DNA of 64,000 nt from a bacterium (GTDB lineage Bacteria > Patescibacteriota > Minisyncoccia > Ryanbacterales > GWA2-47-10b): contig JAQBTR010000002.1 in the NCBI GenBank assembly GCA_027624915.1, forward strand, positions 30,802-94,801, given 5' to 3'. A model generated the notes under the pieces. That model was not told the DNA's origin, did no database searches, and saw nothing but the letters and a program-made list of their open reading frames with translations. The position numbers and the translations under genes were made by a program. This document shows positions 17,752 through 26,321 of the stretch, one piece after another. Each line of letters starts with the position of its first letter. Position 1 is the stretch's first letter.

Positions 17752-18972
17752 ATGGAAGACCTCAATAAATCACAACTTGTACTACTTTTTATTCTTGTAA
17801 GCGTTGTTGTCTCATTTACAACGGCTATTGTGACCGCAGCACTTTATGAACAAGCACCAGTTACCTCAATTGGACAGACAATACAGAGGGTTGTAGAAAG
17901 GGTGGTACCCATTGAGAAAGATAACACCAAAATAGTGTCCGAGGAGGATAAGATAGTACGGGTTGTAGAGGAGGTATCTCCGGCTGTAGTCAGTATTATT
18001 GCCTCAAAGGATCTTCCAGTCCTTGAGCAATGTATGGTGTCTCCATTTGGAGATGGTGACGTATTTCGTCAGTTTTTCCCCGAGCTTTTGGTTCCAAGAC
18101 TCTGTGAACGTGGAACTGAGCACAGACAAGTTTCATCTGGCTCTGGTTTTATTGTTGGGGAGGATGGACTTATAGTTACCAACCGTCACGTAGTAAAAGA
18201 TACAGAAGCTACCTACACAGCAATCCTAAATGACGGTCGCCAGTTTGAGGCGACAATTCTCGCACGAGACCCACTTGAGGATTTGGCACTGCTATCTATA
18301 GATGGAGACGGATTTTCACACTTAACTCTTGGAAATTCTAATGATGTTCGCGCTGGTCAAAGTGTCATTGCCATTGGTAATGCACTTGGAGAATTTAATA
18401 ATACAGTTTCCGTTGGAGTTGTTTCTGGTTTGCGCAGGACCATTGTTGCAGGGGGTGAAGAATTCCGTTCACTCATTCAGACAGATGCCGCTATTAATCC
18501 AGGAAATTCAGGTGGGCCACTTCTTAATCTTTCAGGACAGGTTATAGGTGTTAATACGGCCGTTGCATCAAATGCAGAAAATATTGGTTTTGCTCTACCA
18601 TCACGGATAGTCCAGAAAGATATATACGACTTAGAAAAACATGGTCGCATCGTCTACCCATACTTGGGTGTTAGGTACCGTATTCTGACGAATGAAGTTA
18701 AGGATGAACTTGGCCTACCTGTAAACTATGGAGCACTTATTGTAAGTGGAGAGAGTGGAGAGCAAGCCATATCACCTGGTTCACCGGCAGCCACATCTGG
18801 GATGAAGATTGGTGATATACTATTAGAGATAGCAAGTGAGCGCATCACACGCGATAATCCTCTTGCTGAGATTCTGCAAAAGAAGTCAATAGGTGAGAAT
18901 ATATCAATTAAGCTCCTCCGTGGAGATGAGGAAATAACAATACAACTAGCATTAGGAGAAAGAAAATTTTAA
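17752..18972 (+). CDS. htrA: HtrA/DegP-family serine protease with PDZ domain
   Basis: trypsin-like catalytic triad context (TNRHVV, DLALL, GNSGGPL) plus a C-terminal PDZ-like region; N-terminal TM anchor. Confidence 0.85.
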   Translation: MEDLNKSQLVLLFILVSVVVSFTTAIVTAALYEQAPVTSIGQTIQRVVERVVPIEKDNTKIVSEEDKIVRVVEEVSPAVVSIIASKDLPVLEQCMVSPFGDGDVFRQFFPELLVPRLCERGTEHRQVSSGSGFIVGEDGLIVTNRHVVKDTEATYTAILNDGRQFEATILARDPLEDLALLSIDGDGFSHLTLGNSNDVRAGQSVIAIGNALGEFNNTVSVGVVSGLRRTIVAGGEEFRSLIQTDAAINPGNSGGPLLNLSGQVIGVNTAVASNAENIGFALPSRIVQKDIYDLEKHGRIVYPYLGVRYRILTNEVKDELGLPVNYGALIVSGESGEQAISPGSPAATSGMKIGDILLEIASERITRDNPLAEILQKKSIGENISIKLLRGDEEITIQLALGERKF

Positions 18973-19104
18973 TTCACCCGCCAAAACTTTTAAGAATAAA
19001 AGGTCAACATGAAAACACATATTAACCAAACAATCAGAATTGCACACAAAGCAGAACAATGTAATACTGCGCTTTTAGCGATTCTTAAAAGTTTAGAAGG
19101 GTAA

Positions 19105-21819
19105 ATGCCACCATTTGGAAATAACAACGGTAATCATAGTAACCCATTCAACAACTTCACCATTAAGGCGCAGGAGTCACTTAAACGTGCTCATGATTTG
19201 GCGATTGAACGAGGACAGTCCTCTTTGGGCGCGCTACATCTTTTAGCATCTCTTTTGTTGCAAGAAGAAGGTGTGATTAGTGCCGTATTAGAACGTCTTG
19301 AGATAGATTATATTCAGTTTTCTGATATAGTTTTGGATATTTTGGACGAGCGCAAGGGGACATTCGTTTTAACACCAAATCAGCAGTTTTATCTTACTCC
19401 AGAACTTGCACGAATTATTGAAGCTGCACACAAGTCAGCTAACTTCTTGAAGGATGAATATATTTCAACAGAGCACTTGTTCCTCGGTCTCTTGGAGGTT
19501 CCATCAAAGGCAAAGGAGATTCTTGAAAAGTTTAAAATTGAACGCGAGGATGTATTAAAAGCTCTTCAATCAATTCGTGGTGCGCAACATGTAACTGATG
19601 AAAATCCAGAAGCTAAGTATCAGGTTCTTGAGAAGTATGCACGCAACCTAACTGATATGGCGCGCGAGGATAAGCTTGACCCCGTTATTGGAAGAGACGA
19701 AGAAATTCGACGCGTTGTGCAGGTTCTTTCTCGCCGAACCAAAAATAATCCAGTGCTTATAGGTGAAGCTGGTGTTGGTAAGACGGCCATTGTAGATGCT
19801 ATTGCTCAACGTATTGTTGCTGATGACGTTCCAGAAAGTTTACGTGGCAAAGAAGTCGTCTCATTGGATCTTGGTTCACTTGTTGCAGGTACAAAATATC
19901 GAGGTGAATTTGAAGAGCGACTCAAGGCAGTCATGAAAGAAATTCAACGATCCAATGGGCAAATTCTTTTGTTTATTGATGAGTTACATACTCTTGTTGG
20001 CGCGGGGGCGGCGGAAGGTGCAATGGATGCTTCAAACATGTTGAAACCAGCTCTTTCACGTGGTGAACTTCGAGTTGTTGGCGCCACTACCTTAAAGGAG
20101 TATCAAAAGTATATTGAAAAAGATCCAGCGCTCACGCGTCGGTTTCAGCCGGTGTATGTTGAAGAGCCAGCCGTTGAGGATGCGATTGCAATTCTTCGTG
20201 GTCTCAAGGAAAAATATGAACTTCATCATGGAATAAAAATTACCGATTCTGCTATTCGATATTCTGTAGAACTTTCACGACGGTATATCACAGATCGGTT
20301 TTTGCCAGATAAAGCTGTAGATCTCATGGATGAGGCGGCAAGTAGTTTGCGGTTGGATCTTGAAAGTATGCCAACAGATCTTGAGAGTGTGCGACGCAAT
20401 ATCATGAGACTTGAGATTGAAAAAGAAGCGATGAAAAAAGATGGTAAGTCTAATCGCTCAATGTCTAAGCTTAATAAAGAACTTGAAACTCTCAAGGAAG
20501 AGTGTGAGAGTTTGGAAGAAAAGTGGACAAATGAAAAGGAAACCATTATGCGTATTCGCGAAATAGGCAAGGATTTAGAACGGTTACGACAAGAATCTGA
20601 TACTGCGGAACGAGACGCCGATTATAGTAAGGTGGCGGAGATTCGTTACGGTCGTATTCCGACTCTTTCTCAGTCTTTGGATGGTGAAGAAAAACGACTT
20701 AAAAAACTTCAGAATGATCGTCGTATGATTAAAGAAGAGGTTGGTCCAGAAGAGATTGCACGAGTTGTTCAGCGATGGACTGGCATTCCTGTTGAACGAA
20801 TGCTTGAAGAAGAGTCAGCAAAGCTGATGGCAATGGAGGACGAGCTCAAAAAACGAGTTGTGGGTCAGGACGCAGCAATCAAAGAAATCTCAAGTGCAAT
20901 AAGGCGCTCTCGAGCTGGTATAAGCGAAGAAGATCGACCTATCGGCTCATTTATGTTTTTGGGCCCAACCGGTGTAGGTAAAACTGAACTAGCACGCACA
21001 TTGGCAGGTTTTCTATTTAACGATGAGAAATCACTTGTACATATTGATATGTCCGAGTACATGGAAAAACATTCTGTTTCTAAATTTATTGGTTCACCAC
21101 CAGGATATGTTGGACACGATGAAGGAGGACAGTTAACGGAAACCGTGCGACATCGACCATATTCGGTTTTGCTTTTTGACGAGATTGAAAAAGCACATCC
21201 AGAAGTATTTAATATAATGCTTCAAATTCTTGATAATGGACGATTGACCGATGCCAAAGGACGTCACGTAAACTTCAAAAATACAATAATAATCATGACT
21301 TCAAACATTGGTTCTGAACTTGTTTTTGAAATGGGCAAGGTTGGTTTTCAATTGCTCGAGGAAGACGCTGACCATAAGACAAAACAAACAGAACTTCAGG
21401 ATAAAATTCGTAAAGCACTTGAGCAACGATTTCGACCTGAGTTTTTAAACCGACTTGATGGAGTCGTGGTCTTTAATTCTCTTGGTGCGAGTGAGCTAAC
21501 ACATATTGTTGATATACAGATCGAACGTGTTCGTACAAGACTTGAGAAAAAAGGTATCTCTCTCTCACTGACCACACAGGCAAAAGAGCTTTTGGTTAAG
21601 CAGGGGAATAATAAGTTTTATGGCGCACGACCACTGAAGCGGACCATCCAAAAAGAGCTCTTAAATCCCTTGGCAGAAATGCTTGTCAGTGGTAAGATGC
21701 GTGATGGCGCTACGATTACCATCGGTGTGCTTGATGGTAAATTCGTTTTTAAAACAAAACCAGCACGTAAAGTTGTATCACGTACAAAGACAAAGAAGCG
21801 TGTGATAAGCGCCAAATAA
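19105..21819 (+). CDS. clpB: ATP-dependent chaperone ClpB
   Basis: two AAA+ modules ([16 protein letters not shown] Walker A) with a long coiled-coil middle domain. Confidence 0.9.
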   Translation: MPPFGNNNGNHSNPFNNFTIKAQESLKRAHDLAIERGQSSLGALHLLASLLLQEEGVISAVLERLEIDYIQFSDIVLDILDERKGTFVLTPNQQFYLTPELARIIEAAHKSANFLKDEYISTEHLFLGLLEVPSKAKEILEKFKIEREDVLKALQSIRGAQHVTDENPEAKYQVLEKYARNLTDMAREDKLDPVIGRDEEIRRVVQVLSRRTKNNPVLIGEAGVGKTAIVDAIAQRIVADDVPESLRGKEVVSLDLGSLVAGTKYRGEFEERLKAVMKEIQRSNGQILLFIDELHTLVGAGAAEGAMDASNMLKPALSRGELRVVGATTLKEYQKYIEKDPALTRRFQPVYVEEPAVEDAIAILRGLKEKYELHHGIKITDSAIRYSVELSRRYITDRFLPDKAVDLMDEAASSLRLDLESMPTDLESVRRNIMRLEIEKEAMKKDGKSNRSMSKLNKELETLKEECESLEEKWTNEKETIMRIREIGKDLERLRQESDTAERDADYSKVAEIRYGRIPTLSQSLDGEEKRLKKLQNDRRMIKEEVGPEEIARVVQRWTGIPVERMLEEESAKLMAMEDELKKRVVGQDAAIKEISSAIRRSRAGISEEDRPIGSFMFLGPTGVGKTELARTLAGFLFNDEKSLVHIDMSEYMEKHSVSKFIGSPPGYVGHDEGGQLTETVRHRPYSVLLFDEIEKAHPEVFNIMLQILDNGRLTDAKGRHVNFKNTIIIMTSNIGSELVFEMGKVGFQLLEEDADHKTKQTELQDKIRKALEQRFRPEFLNRLDGVVVFNSLGASELTHIVDIQIERVRTRLEKKGISLSLTTQAKELLVKQGNNKFYGARPLKRTIQKELLNPLAEMLVSGKMRDGATITIGVLDGKFVFKTKPARKVVSRTKTKKRVISAK

Positions 21820-21823
21820 ACGC

Positions 21824-21844
21824 GCGAGTGGCGGGGTGGAAATC
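21824..21844 (+). repeat. partial duplicate of the 5' part of tRNA-Tyr
   Basis: gcgagtggcggggtggaaatc matches the tRNA-Tyr 5' region gcgagtggcggagtggacaatc (20/22). Confidence 0.5.
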
Positions 21845-21868
21845 AGGATATAAAGATATTATATACAT

Positions 21869-21954
21869 GGGCGAGTGGCGGAGTGGACAATCGCAGCAGA
21901 CTGTAAATCTGCCGGCTACGGCCTACAGGGGTTCGAATCCCTTCTCGCCCACCA
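21869..21954 (+). tRNA. tRNA-Tyr (anticodon GTA), long variable arm, CCA encoded
   Basis: acceptor gggcgag/ctcgccc, anticodon loop ctgtaaa, variable arm ggctacggcctac. Confidence 0.85.
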
Positions 21955-22027
21955 AAGTTGTAAGCAAAGCTTGCAACGTCTTCACTCGGGATGAGACAAT
22001 ATGCCAGCACATTTCTATTCCTCACTC

Positions 22028-22103
22028 GCCGTTGTAGCTCAGTTGGTAGAGCATTCCCATGGTAAGGGAAAGGTCACCGGTTCAATCCCGGTCAACGGCT
22101 CCA
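22028..22103 (+). tRNA. tRNA-Thr (anticodon GGT), CCA encoded
   Basis: acceptor gccgttg/caacggc, anticodon loop atggtaa, T-loop ttcaatc. Confidence 0.85.
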
Positions 22104-22146
22104 CCTACATATTTACAAATACTTAGTTTTATAGTACCATCCTCCC

Positions 22147-22305
22147 ATGCCACAACCGAATCTAATCAGACTCAAATGTAGCGAATGCAAGCGATATAAT
22201 TACTATGCGCACAAGAATATTCGGCGTGTAGAAAAAAAACTTGAACTCAAAAAGCACTGTAAGTGGTGCAAGACACATACTTCTCACAAAGAAAATAAGA
22301 AGTGA
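22147..22305 (+). CDS. rpmG: ribosomal protein bL33 (52 aa; not in the ORF track)
   Basis: MPQPNLIRLKCSECKRYNYYAHKNIRRVEKKLELKKHCKWCKTHTSHKE - L33 CxxC...CxxC zinc ribbon. Confidence 0.8.
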   Translation: MPQPNLIRLKCSECKRYNYYAHKNIRRVEKKLELKKHCKWCKTHTSHKENKK

Positions 22306-22336
22306 AAAAAGGAGCCCTCAAGAGGGCTCTTTTGGT
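22306..22336. terminator. bidirectional terminator
   Basis: aaaaaaggAGCCCTCaagaGAGGGCTcttttggttt between convergent genes. Confidence 0.65.
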
Positions 22337-22897
22337 TTATTGTTTCTGGTTATTCTCAGCTTCTTCGGCTCTTAGCTTGCGCTCAAGGTCAAGCAGAAGT
22401 GATAGCTCATATCGATCACGCTGATGATCTGGATCTGGAGCTTCCATCTCTCCCCGTAGAAATTCTAGGACGAGTTGCGTACAGATTTCAGAAATTTTTT
22501 CTGGCTCTATTGTGATGCCGGCTTTCTCTAGACTAGCACGATGCTCGACAAGAAATATTTGTAATTCTTCTTCATGACGCTTGAGCACTTCATCTCCATC
22601 TACAATGAAGTTTTCAATGGCGGCATGGTCTTCCGGACTCAGTGGAATCTCATCATGAGTTTCTGCAGGGTCGTCATGACGGAAAATTGATGCAAACGAT
22701 AGAAACTTATTACCTCCAGGTCCCTCTTCGTGTTGTTCAGCTCTTTGCTCTTCAAACGCCCCTCTTGGAGAGAGGCGATTGATACGCCTGGATAGACCAA
22801 GAAGTAACTCTTCAGTCTGAGTCATCTCTCTTTCCTCCATTAGGTCTTCAGGTTGTTCCGGCCCTTCCCTCATGTTTGAATTCATTGTAACTCTCAA
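22337..22897 (-). CDS. hypothetical acidic protein
   Basis: 186-aa Glu/Asp-rich ORF divergent from two HTH genes; no family recognised. Confidence 0.5.
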   Translation of the reverse strand: MRVTMNSNMREGPEQPEDLMEEREMTQTEELLLGLSRRINRLSPRGAFEEQRAEQHEEGPGGNKFLSFASIFRHDDPAETHDEIPLSPEDHAAIENFIVDGDEVLKRHEEELQIFLVEHRASLEKAGITIEPEKISEICTQLVLEFLRGEMEAPDPDHQRDRYELSLLLDLERKLRAEEAENNQKQ

Positions 22898-22936
22898 TTT
22901 TTATATTGCAATAGGAGTCGACTAATCTGTCAAAGT

Positions 22937-23227
22937 GTGGTACGGATGTGTGTGGAGGTGTACACCATGAATGGTGGAGCCATAATCGATATGTCACCTA
23001 ACAGGCCGATTGGTATCGATGCCGCATATTGTACAGGTCAGCTACAAGATGTTATTGCCGATCCTAAGGCCTTTTCAGAAGAACTCGGTCTATCTCTATC
23101 AGCTGTCTATAACTACTTAAATGGACGTATTCCAACATTGGATGTAATGTTTCGTATTGCGCAATTTTGTGATCGACCGATTGAGTCTTTTTTGGTCCGC
23201 CAACCCAGAGATGGAGGTACAGGTTAG
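22937..23227 (+). CDS. XRE-family helix-turn-helix protein (paralog 1)
   Basis: HTH_XRE-like region LGLSLSAVYNYLNGRIPTLDVMFRIAQFC. Confidence 0.55.
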   Translation: MVRMCVEVYTMNGGAIIDMSPNRPIGIDAAYCTGQLQDVIADPKAFSEELGLSLSAVYNYLNGRIPTLDVMFRIAQFCDRPIESFLVRQPRDGGTG

Positions 23228-23229
23228 TA

Positions 23230-23610
23230 ATGAATGCTACGGGATCTGCTTTCATTCGCAACGAGACGGTTTCATTCGCTATCGATACTAGATATCTGGC
23301 CGATAGAATGCGGGAAGTTGTCAGAGACGAACCAAAAGCGTTCGCCTATGGTACAGGTATTTCACTTTCAGCGGTTTACAACTACATGAATGGGCGAGTC
23401 CCAACAACTGATGTTCTTTTTCGAATCGCAAAATACACTCGTCGTCCAATGGAATGGTTCCTTGATCCAGAATTTGAAGAAGAACCCACTAAGACCAAAG
23501 TAAGTAATGGGCACGAGAGCAATATGGAACGCTTTCCGTTTTCTTCGTCAGATCGGCCAACGCTGGTACAGTCTGACTCACAAGGCAGACAATATTGGGA
23601 GACTCAGTGA
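23230..23610 (+). CDS. XRE-family helix-turn-helix protein (paralog 2, with C-terminal extension)
   Basis: GISLSAVYNYMNGRVPTTDVLFRIAKYT, clearly paralogous to the upstream ORF. Confidence 0.55.
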   Translation: MNATGSAFIRNETVSFAIDTRYLADRMREVVRDEPKAFAYGTGISLSAVYNYMNGRVPTTDVLFRIAKYTRRPMEWFLDPEFEEEPTKTKVSNGHESNMERFPFSSSDRPTLVQSDSQGRQYWETQ

Positions 23611-23675
23611 CCTCACATATGAGGTCTTTTTTTATACTCAAAATAAAGTATAATGTCGGGTACTATAAGAAATAT

Positions 23676-23790
23676 GGGGGTATAAGCTCAATGGGTTTAA
23701 GCTCCGGGGGAGCTTTAACGGGAAATGTAGTGAGTTTACGAACGTAAAGCATTTCCCCAGGTCGCGTGATAGGCGCGACCTGCTGGTCAT
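23676..23790 (+). ncRNA. candidate structured RNA element 5' of tRNA-Trp (copy 1 of a two-member family)
   Basis: three consecutive hairpins; homologous to 32545-32660 with a compensatory change in hairpin 1, a shared core acgggaaat..atttcc, and the hairpin ggtcgcg-tgatRgg-cgcgac. Confidence 0.4.
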
Positions 23791-23806
23791 AGTACTATGG
23801 AAATAT

Positions 23807-23880
23807 GGGAGATTAGTTAAGTGGTATAACATCGGTCTCCAAAACCGAGGTCGGGGGTTCAATTCCCTCATCTCCCGCCA
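23807..23880 (+). tRNA. tRNA-Trp (anticodon CCA), CCA encoded
   Basis: acceptor gggagat/atctccc, anticodon loop ctccaaa, T-loop ttcaatt. Confidence 0.85.
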
Positions 23881-23884
23881 AAAC

Positions 23885-24244
23885 ATGGATACAGAAAAAC
23901 AAAAATATACATGGCAAGAGTTTGATGAGGATGTGAACTTACTTGCAGAAAAAATAAAAGCCACCAATAAAAAATTTGATGGCATTTATGGTATCCCAAG
24001 AGGAGGTCTACCAATAGCTGTAGCATTATCTCATCGACTTGATTTACCCATGCTTATGGGTGGTGCCAACGAAAAAACACTCGTTGTTGATGACATCGCG
24101 GATTCTGGCTCGACACTAAAGCCATATAGAGATAGAAAATCAACGATTGTTACAGTTTTTTATCACCCCTCAAGTACTACAGAGCCAAATATATGGCTTA
24201 GAAATAAGGAACAGAAGTGGATTGTGTTTCCATGGGAGTCGTAA
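23885..24244 (+). CDS. gpt: xanthine-guanine phosphoribosyltransferase-like PRTase (short)
   Basis: PRPP-binding LVVDDIADSGSTL; overall resemblance to Gpt (RGGLPIA..., C-terminal WIVFPWE). Confidence 0.65.
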   Translation: MDTEKQKYTWQEFDEDVNLLAEKIKATNKKFDGIYGIPRGGLPIAVALSHRLDLPMLMGGANEKTLVVDDIADSGSTLKPYRDRKSTIVTVFYHPSSTTEPNIWLRNKEQKWIVFPWES

Positions 24245-24258
24245 TAGAATAAGCTCCG

Positions 24259-25671
24259 ATGATACGTGATGGACTTACATTCAATGATGTACTCTTGGTT
24301 CCAAAAAAGTCTGAGGTTTTTTCAAGAAAGGATATTGATACCAAGGCGTACTTAACACGACTCGTATCTATACATGTACCAATTGTCAGTGCAAACATGG
24401 ATTCTGTTACAGAATTTCAAATGGCACGAGCAATGGCAGAAAACGGTGGAATTGGAATAATCCATCGTTTTTTGTCTATTGAAGATCAGGTAGAGGAGGT
24501 TGCAAAAGTAAAGCGCGCAGAAAATACTGTCATCGAGGATCCGTACACCGTTCACCCTGATTACACTCTTTTTGATGCAAGGCGTTTTATGGAGAGCAAG
24601 TCCATATCTGGTGCCATTGTTGTAGATGACAAAAAGAAACTTGTTGGTATTATTACATCGCGAGATTTGCTTTTTGAACAAGACGACAGGAAACTTGTTA
24701 AGAATGTAATGACTCAAAAGGTGATTACAGGTGAGCCACGAATCTCACTCGATAAGGCAATTGATCTTTTGCATACTCATAGAATTGAAAAACTGCCACT
24801 CGTAACTAAAGCCGGAACATTACGAGGGCTTATTACACTTAAGGATGTTTTAAAGCGGATAAAGTATCCTCATTCTTCTAAGGATAAAAAGGGGAGACTC
24901 ATGGTGGGAGCTGCTGTTGGTGTTAAGGATGATACTTTAAAACGTACTGATGCTCTGTTACGTGCAGGGGTAGATATTATTGTTGTAGATATAGCACATG
25001 GACACAATACGCGAGCGATTACTACAACCAAGCAGATAAAAAGAAAGTTTGGTAAAAAATGTCAACTTATCGCAGGAAATGTTGCAACGCCACGTGCTGC
25101 TGAAGACTTAATAAAAGCAGGCGCTGATGGAATTAAGGTTGGCATTGGGCCAGGGGCGGCGTGTACCACGCGTATAGTAACCGGTGTTGGAGTCCCACAA
25201 CTGACAGCAATACAAGACGTTATTTCAGTGACGAAGAAGTTAAAGATTCCAATCATAGCTGATGGTGGTATTGGTAATTCGGGAGATTTTGCCAAGGCAA
25301 TAGCAGCTGGTGCACAAACAGCAATGATAGGTAGTTTGCTCGCAGGATGTGAAGAATCTCCAGGTGAATACGTTATGGAAAATGGTTCCGCATACAAACA
25401 CTACCGAGGCATGGCGAGCTATGAGGCGAGCTCTGAAAAGGTTCGTATTGATGGCGGTGGCAAAGATGGTTTTTGGCGAGCACCAGAGGGTAGGTCCGGC
25501 AAAGTTCCATACCGTGGTAAAACCTCAGGTGTTTTAAATGATCTCATGGCAGGATTGCGTAGCAGCATGAGCTATCTTGGTGCACATAATTTAAGTGAGT
25601 TTTCAAAAAACGCAGAGTTCATAAAAATGTCTCCATCTGGCATGAAAGAGTCAGATACGCGTCTTGACTAG
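24259..25671 (+). CDS. guaB: IMP dehydrogenase with CBS pair
   Basis: IMPDH catalytic loop GIGPGAACTTR, CBS domains, 470 aa. Confidence 0.85.
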   Translation: MIRDGLTFNDVLLVPKKSEVFSRKDIDTKAYLTRLVSIHVPIVSANMDSVTEFQMARAMAENGGIGIIHRFLSIEDQVEEVAKVKRAENTVIEDPYTVHPDYTLFDARRFMESKSISGAIVVDDKKKLVGIITSRDLLFEQDDRKLVKNVMTQKVITGEPRISLDKAIDLLHTHRIEKLPLVTKAGTLRGLITLKDVLKRIKYPHSSKDKKGRLMVGAAVGVKDDTLKRTDALLRAGVDIIVVDIAHGHNTRAITTTKQIKRKFGKKCQLIAGNVATPRAAEDLIKAGADGIKVGIGPGAACTTRIVTGVGVPQLTAIQDVISVTKKLKIPIIADGGIGNSGDFAKAIAAGAQTAMIGSLLAGCEESPGEYVMENGSAYKHYRGMASYEASSEKVRIDGGGKDGFWRAPEGRSGKVPYRGKTSGVLNDLMAGLRSSMSYLGAHNLSEFSKNAEFIKMSPSGMKESDTRLD

Positions 25672-25700
25672 CCACAAAAAAACAAAATTCCTGTTCCATA

Positions 25701-25744
25701 CGATCTAAGCCAGCTAGCAATGTTTCGGGACGCTCAATCAGAAG
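25701..25744. repeat. bipartite intergenic repeat copy B (cgatctaagccagc-N16-cgctcaatcagaag)
   Basis: identical boxes and spacing to 11316-11359. Confidence 0.6.
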
Positions 25745-25853
25745 TATGAACACAAATTTTGTTTTTTTGTAGTTAGCAAACGCTTGACTAGATACATATT
25801 TTAAGTTAATTTACTTGCGGACAAGGAGGTACTTATGGCACATAATTCCTGGA

Positions 25854-26147
25854 ATGAACATCGTATATCGTATTCGGGACCTACGCTCACGTCTTAATTT
25901 TACTCAAAAAGAGATAACTCCTTTACTTGGAATTATGCGTTGTACTTTTAATCGATGGGAGAATGGTCACTCGGATCCTCTACCCTTCAACTGTATTACA
26001 ATTTACAATCTTGCCAGCCCACCCGCTGAAGATGCTACACATGGTAATGGTAGAATGCCAGCTTATCTCGATGCAGGGCCACACTTCCCTGTAGATGGAG
26101 AAGTTTTCTATCCTCGAGAAAGTGAACTCGCCACAAATACAGGATAG
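25854..26147 (+). CDS. XRE-family HTH transcriptional regulator
   Basis: IRDLRSRLNFTQKEITPLLGIMRCTFNRWENGHSDP matches the HTH_XRE pattern; start set at internal ATG, the track ORF begins at a TTG. Confidence 0.5.
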   Translation: MNIVYRIRDLRSRLNFTQKEITPLLGIMRCTFNRWENGHSDPLPFNCITIYNLASPPAEDATHGNGRMPAYLDAGPHFPVDGEVFYPRESELATNTG

Positions 26148-26281
26148 CAAGATGATTCCTGCTTGCGCGTTAAGTGGTCATCAGCGAGCTCTCAATATGC
26201 AAATTTTGATTGCAGCCATGGTGAAAGCATTAGCCCAAAATTCAAGCGAAGTACAATATTCAAAGAGACGAAATAAGTAGT

Positions 26282-26308
26282 ACCTGCCCACACGGGCAGG
26301 TTTTTTGT
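26282..26308 (+). terminator. rho-independent terminator
   Basis: cctgcccacacgggcagg + tttttt. Confidence 0.6.
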
Positions 26309-26321
26309 TACAATCAAAATC

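Noticed and set aside
23676-23790. Interpretation of the tRNA-upstream elements as additional tRNA genes (including tRNA-Sec or intron-containing tRNA)
   Set aside because: No complementary 3' acceptor strand exists, there is no plausible anticodon stem-loop of canonical size, and the downstream tRNAs are complete on their own.
25815-25853. TTG start of the ORF-track gene 25815..26147
   Set aside because: The AAGGAGG box is 25 nt upstream of the internal ATG but only 5 nt from an out-of-frame ATG (25835). The HTH domain begins after the internal ATG at 25854, so 25854 is used and the 20-codon ORF is flagged separately.
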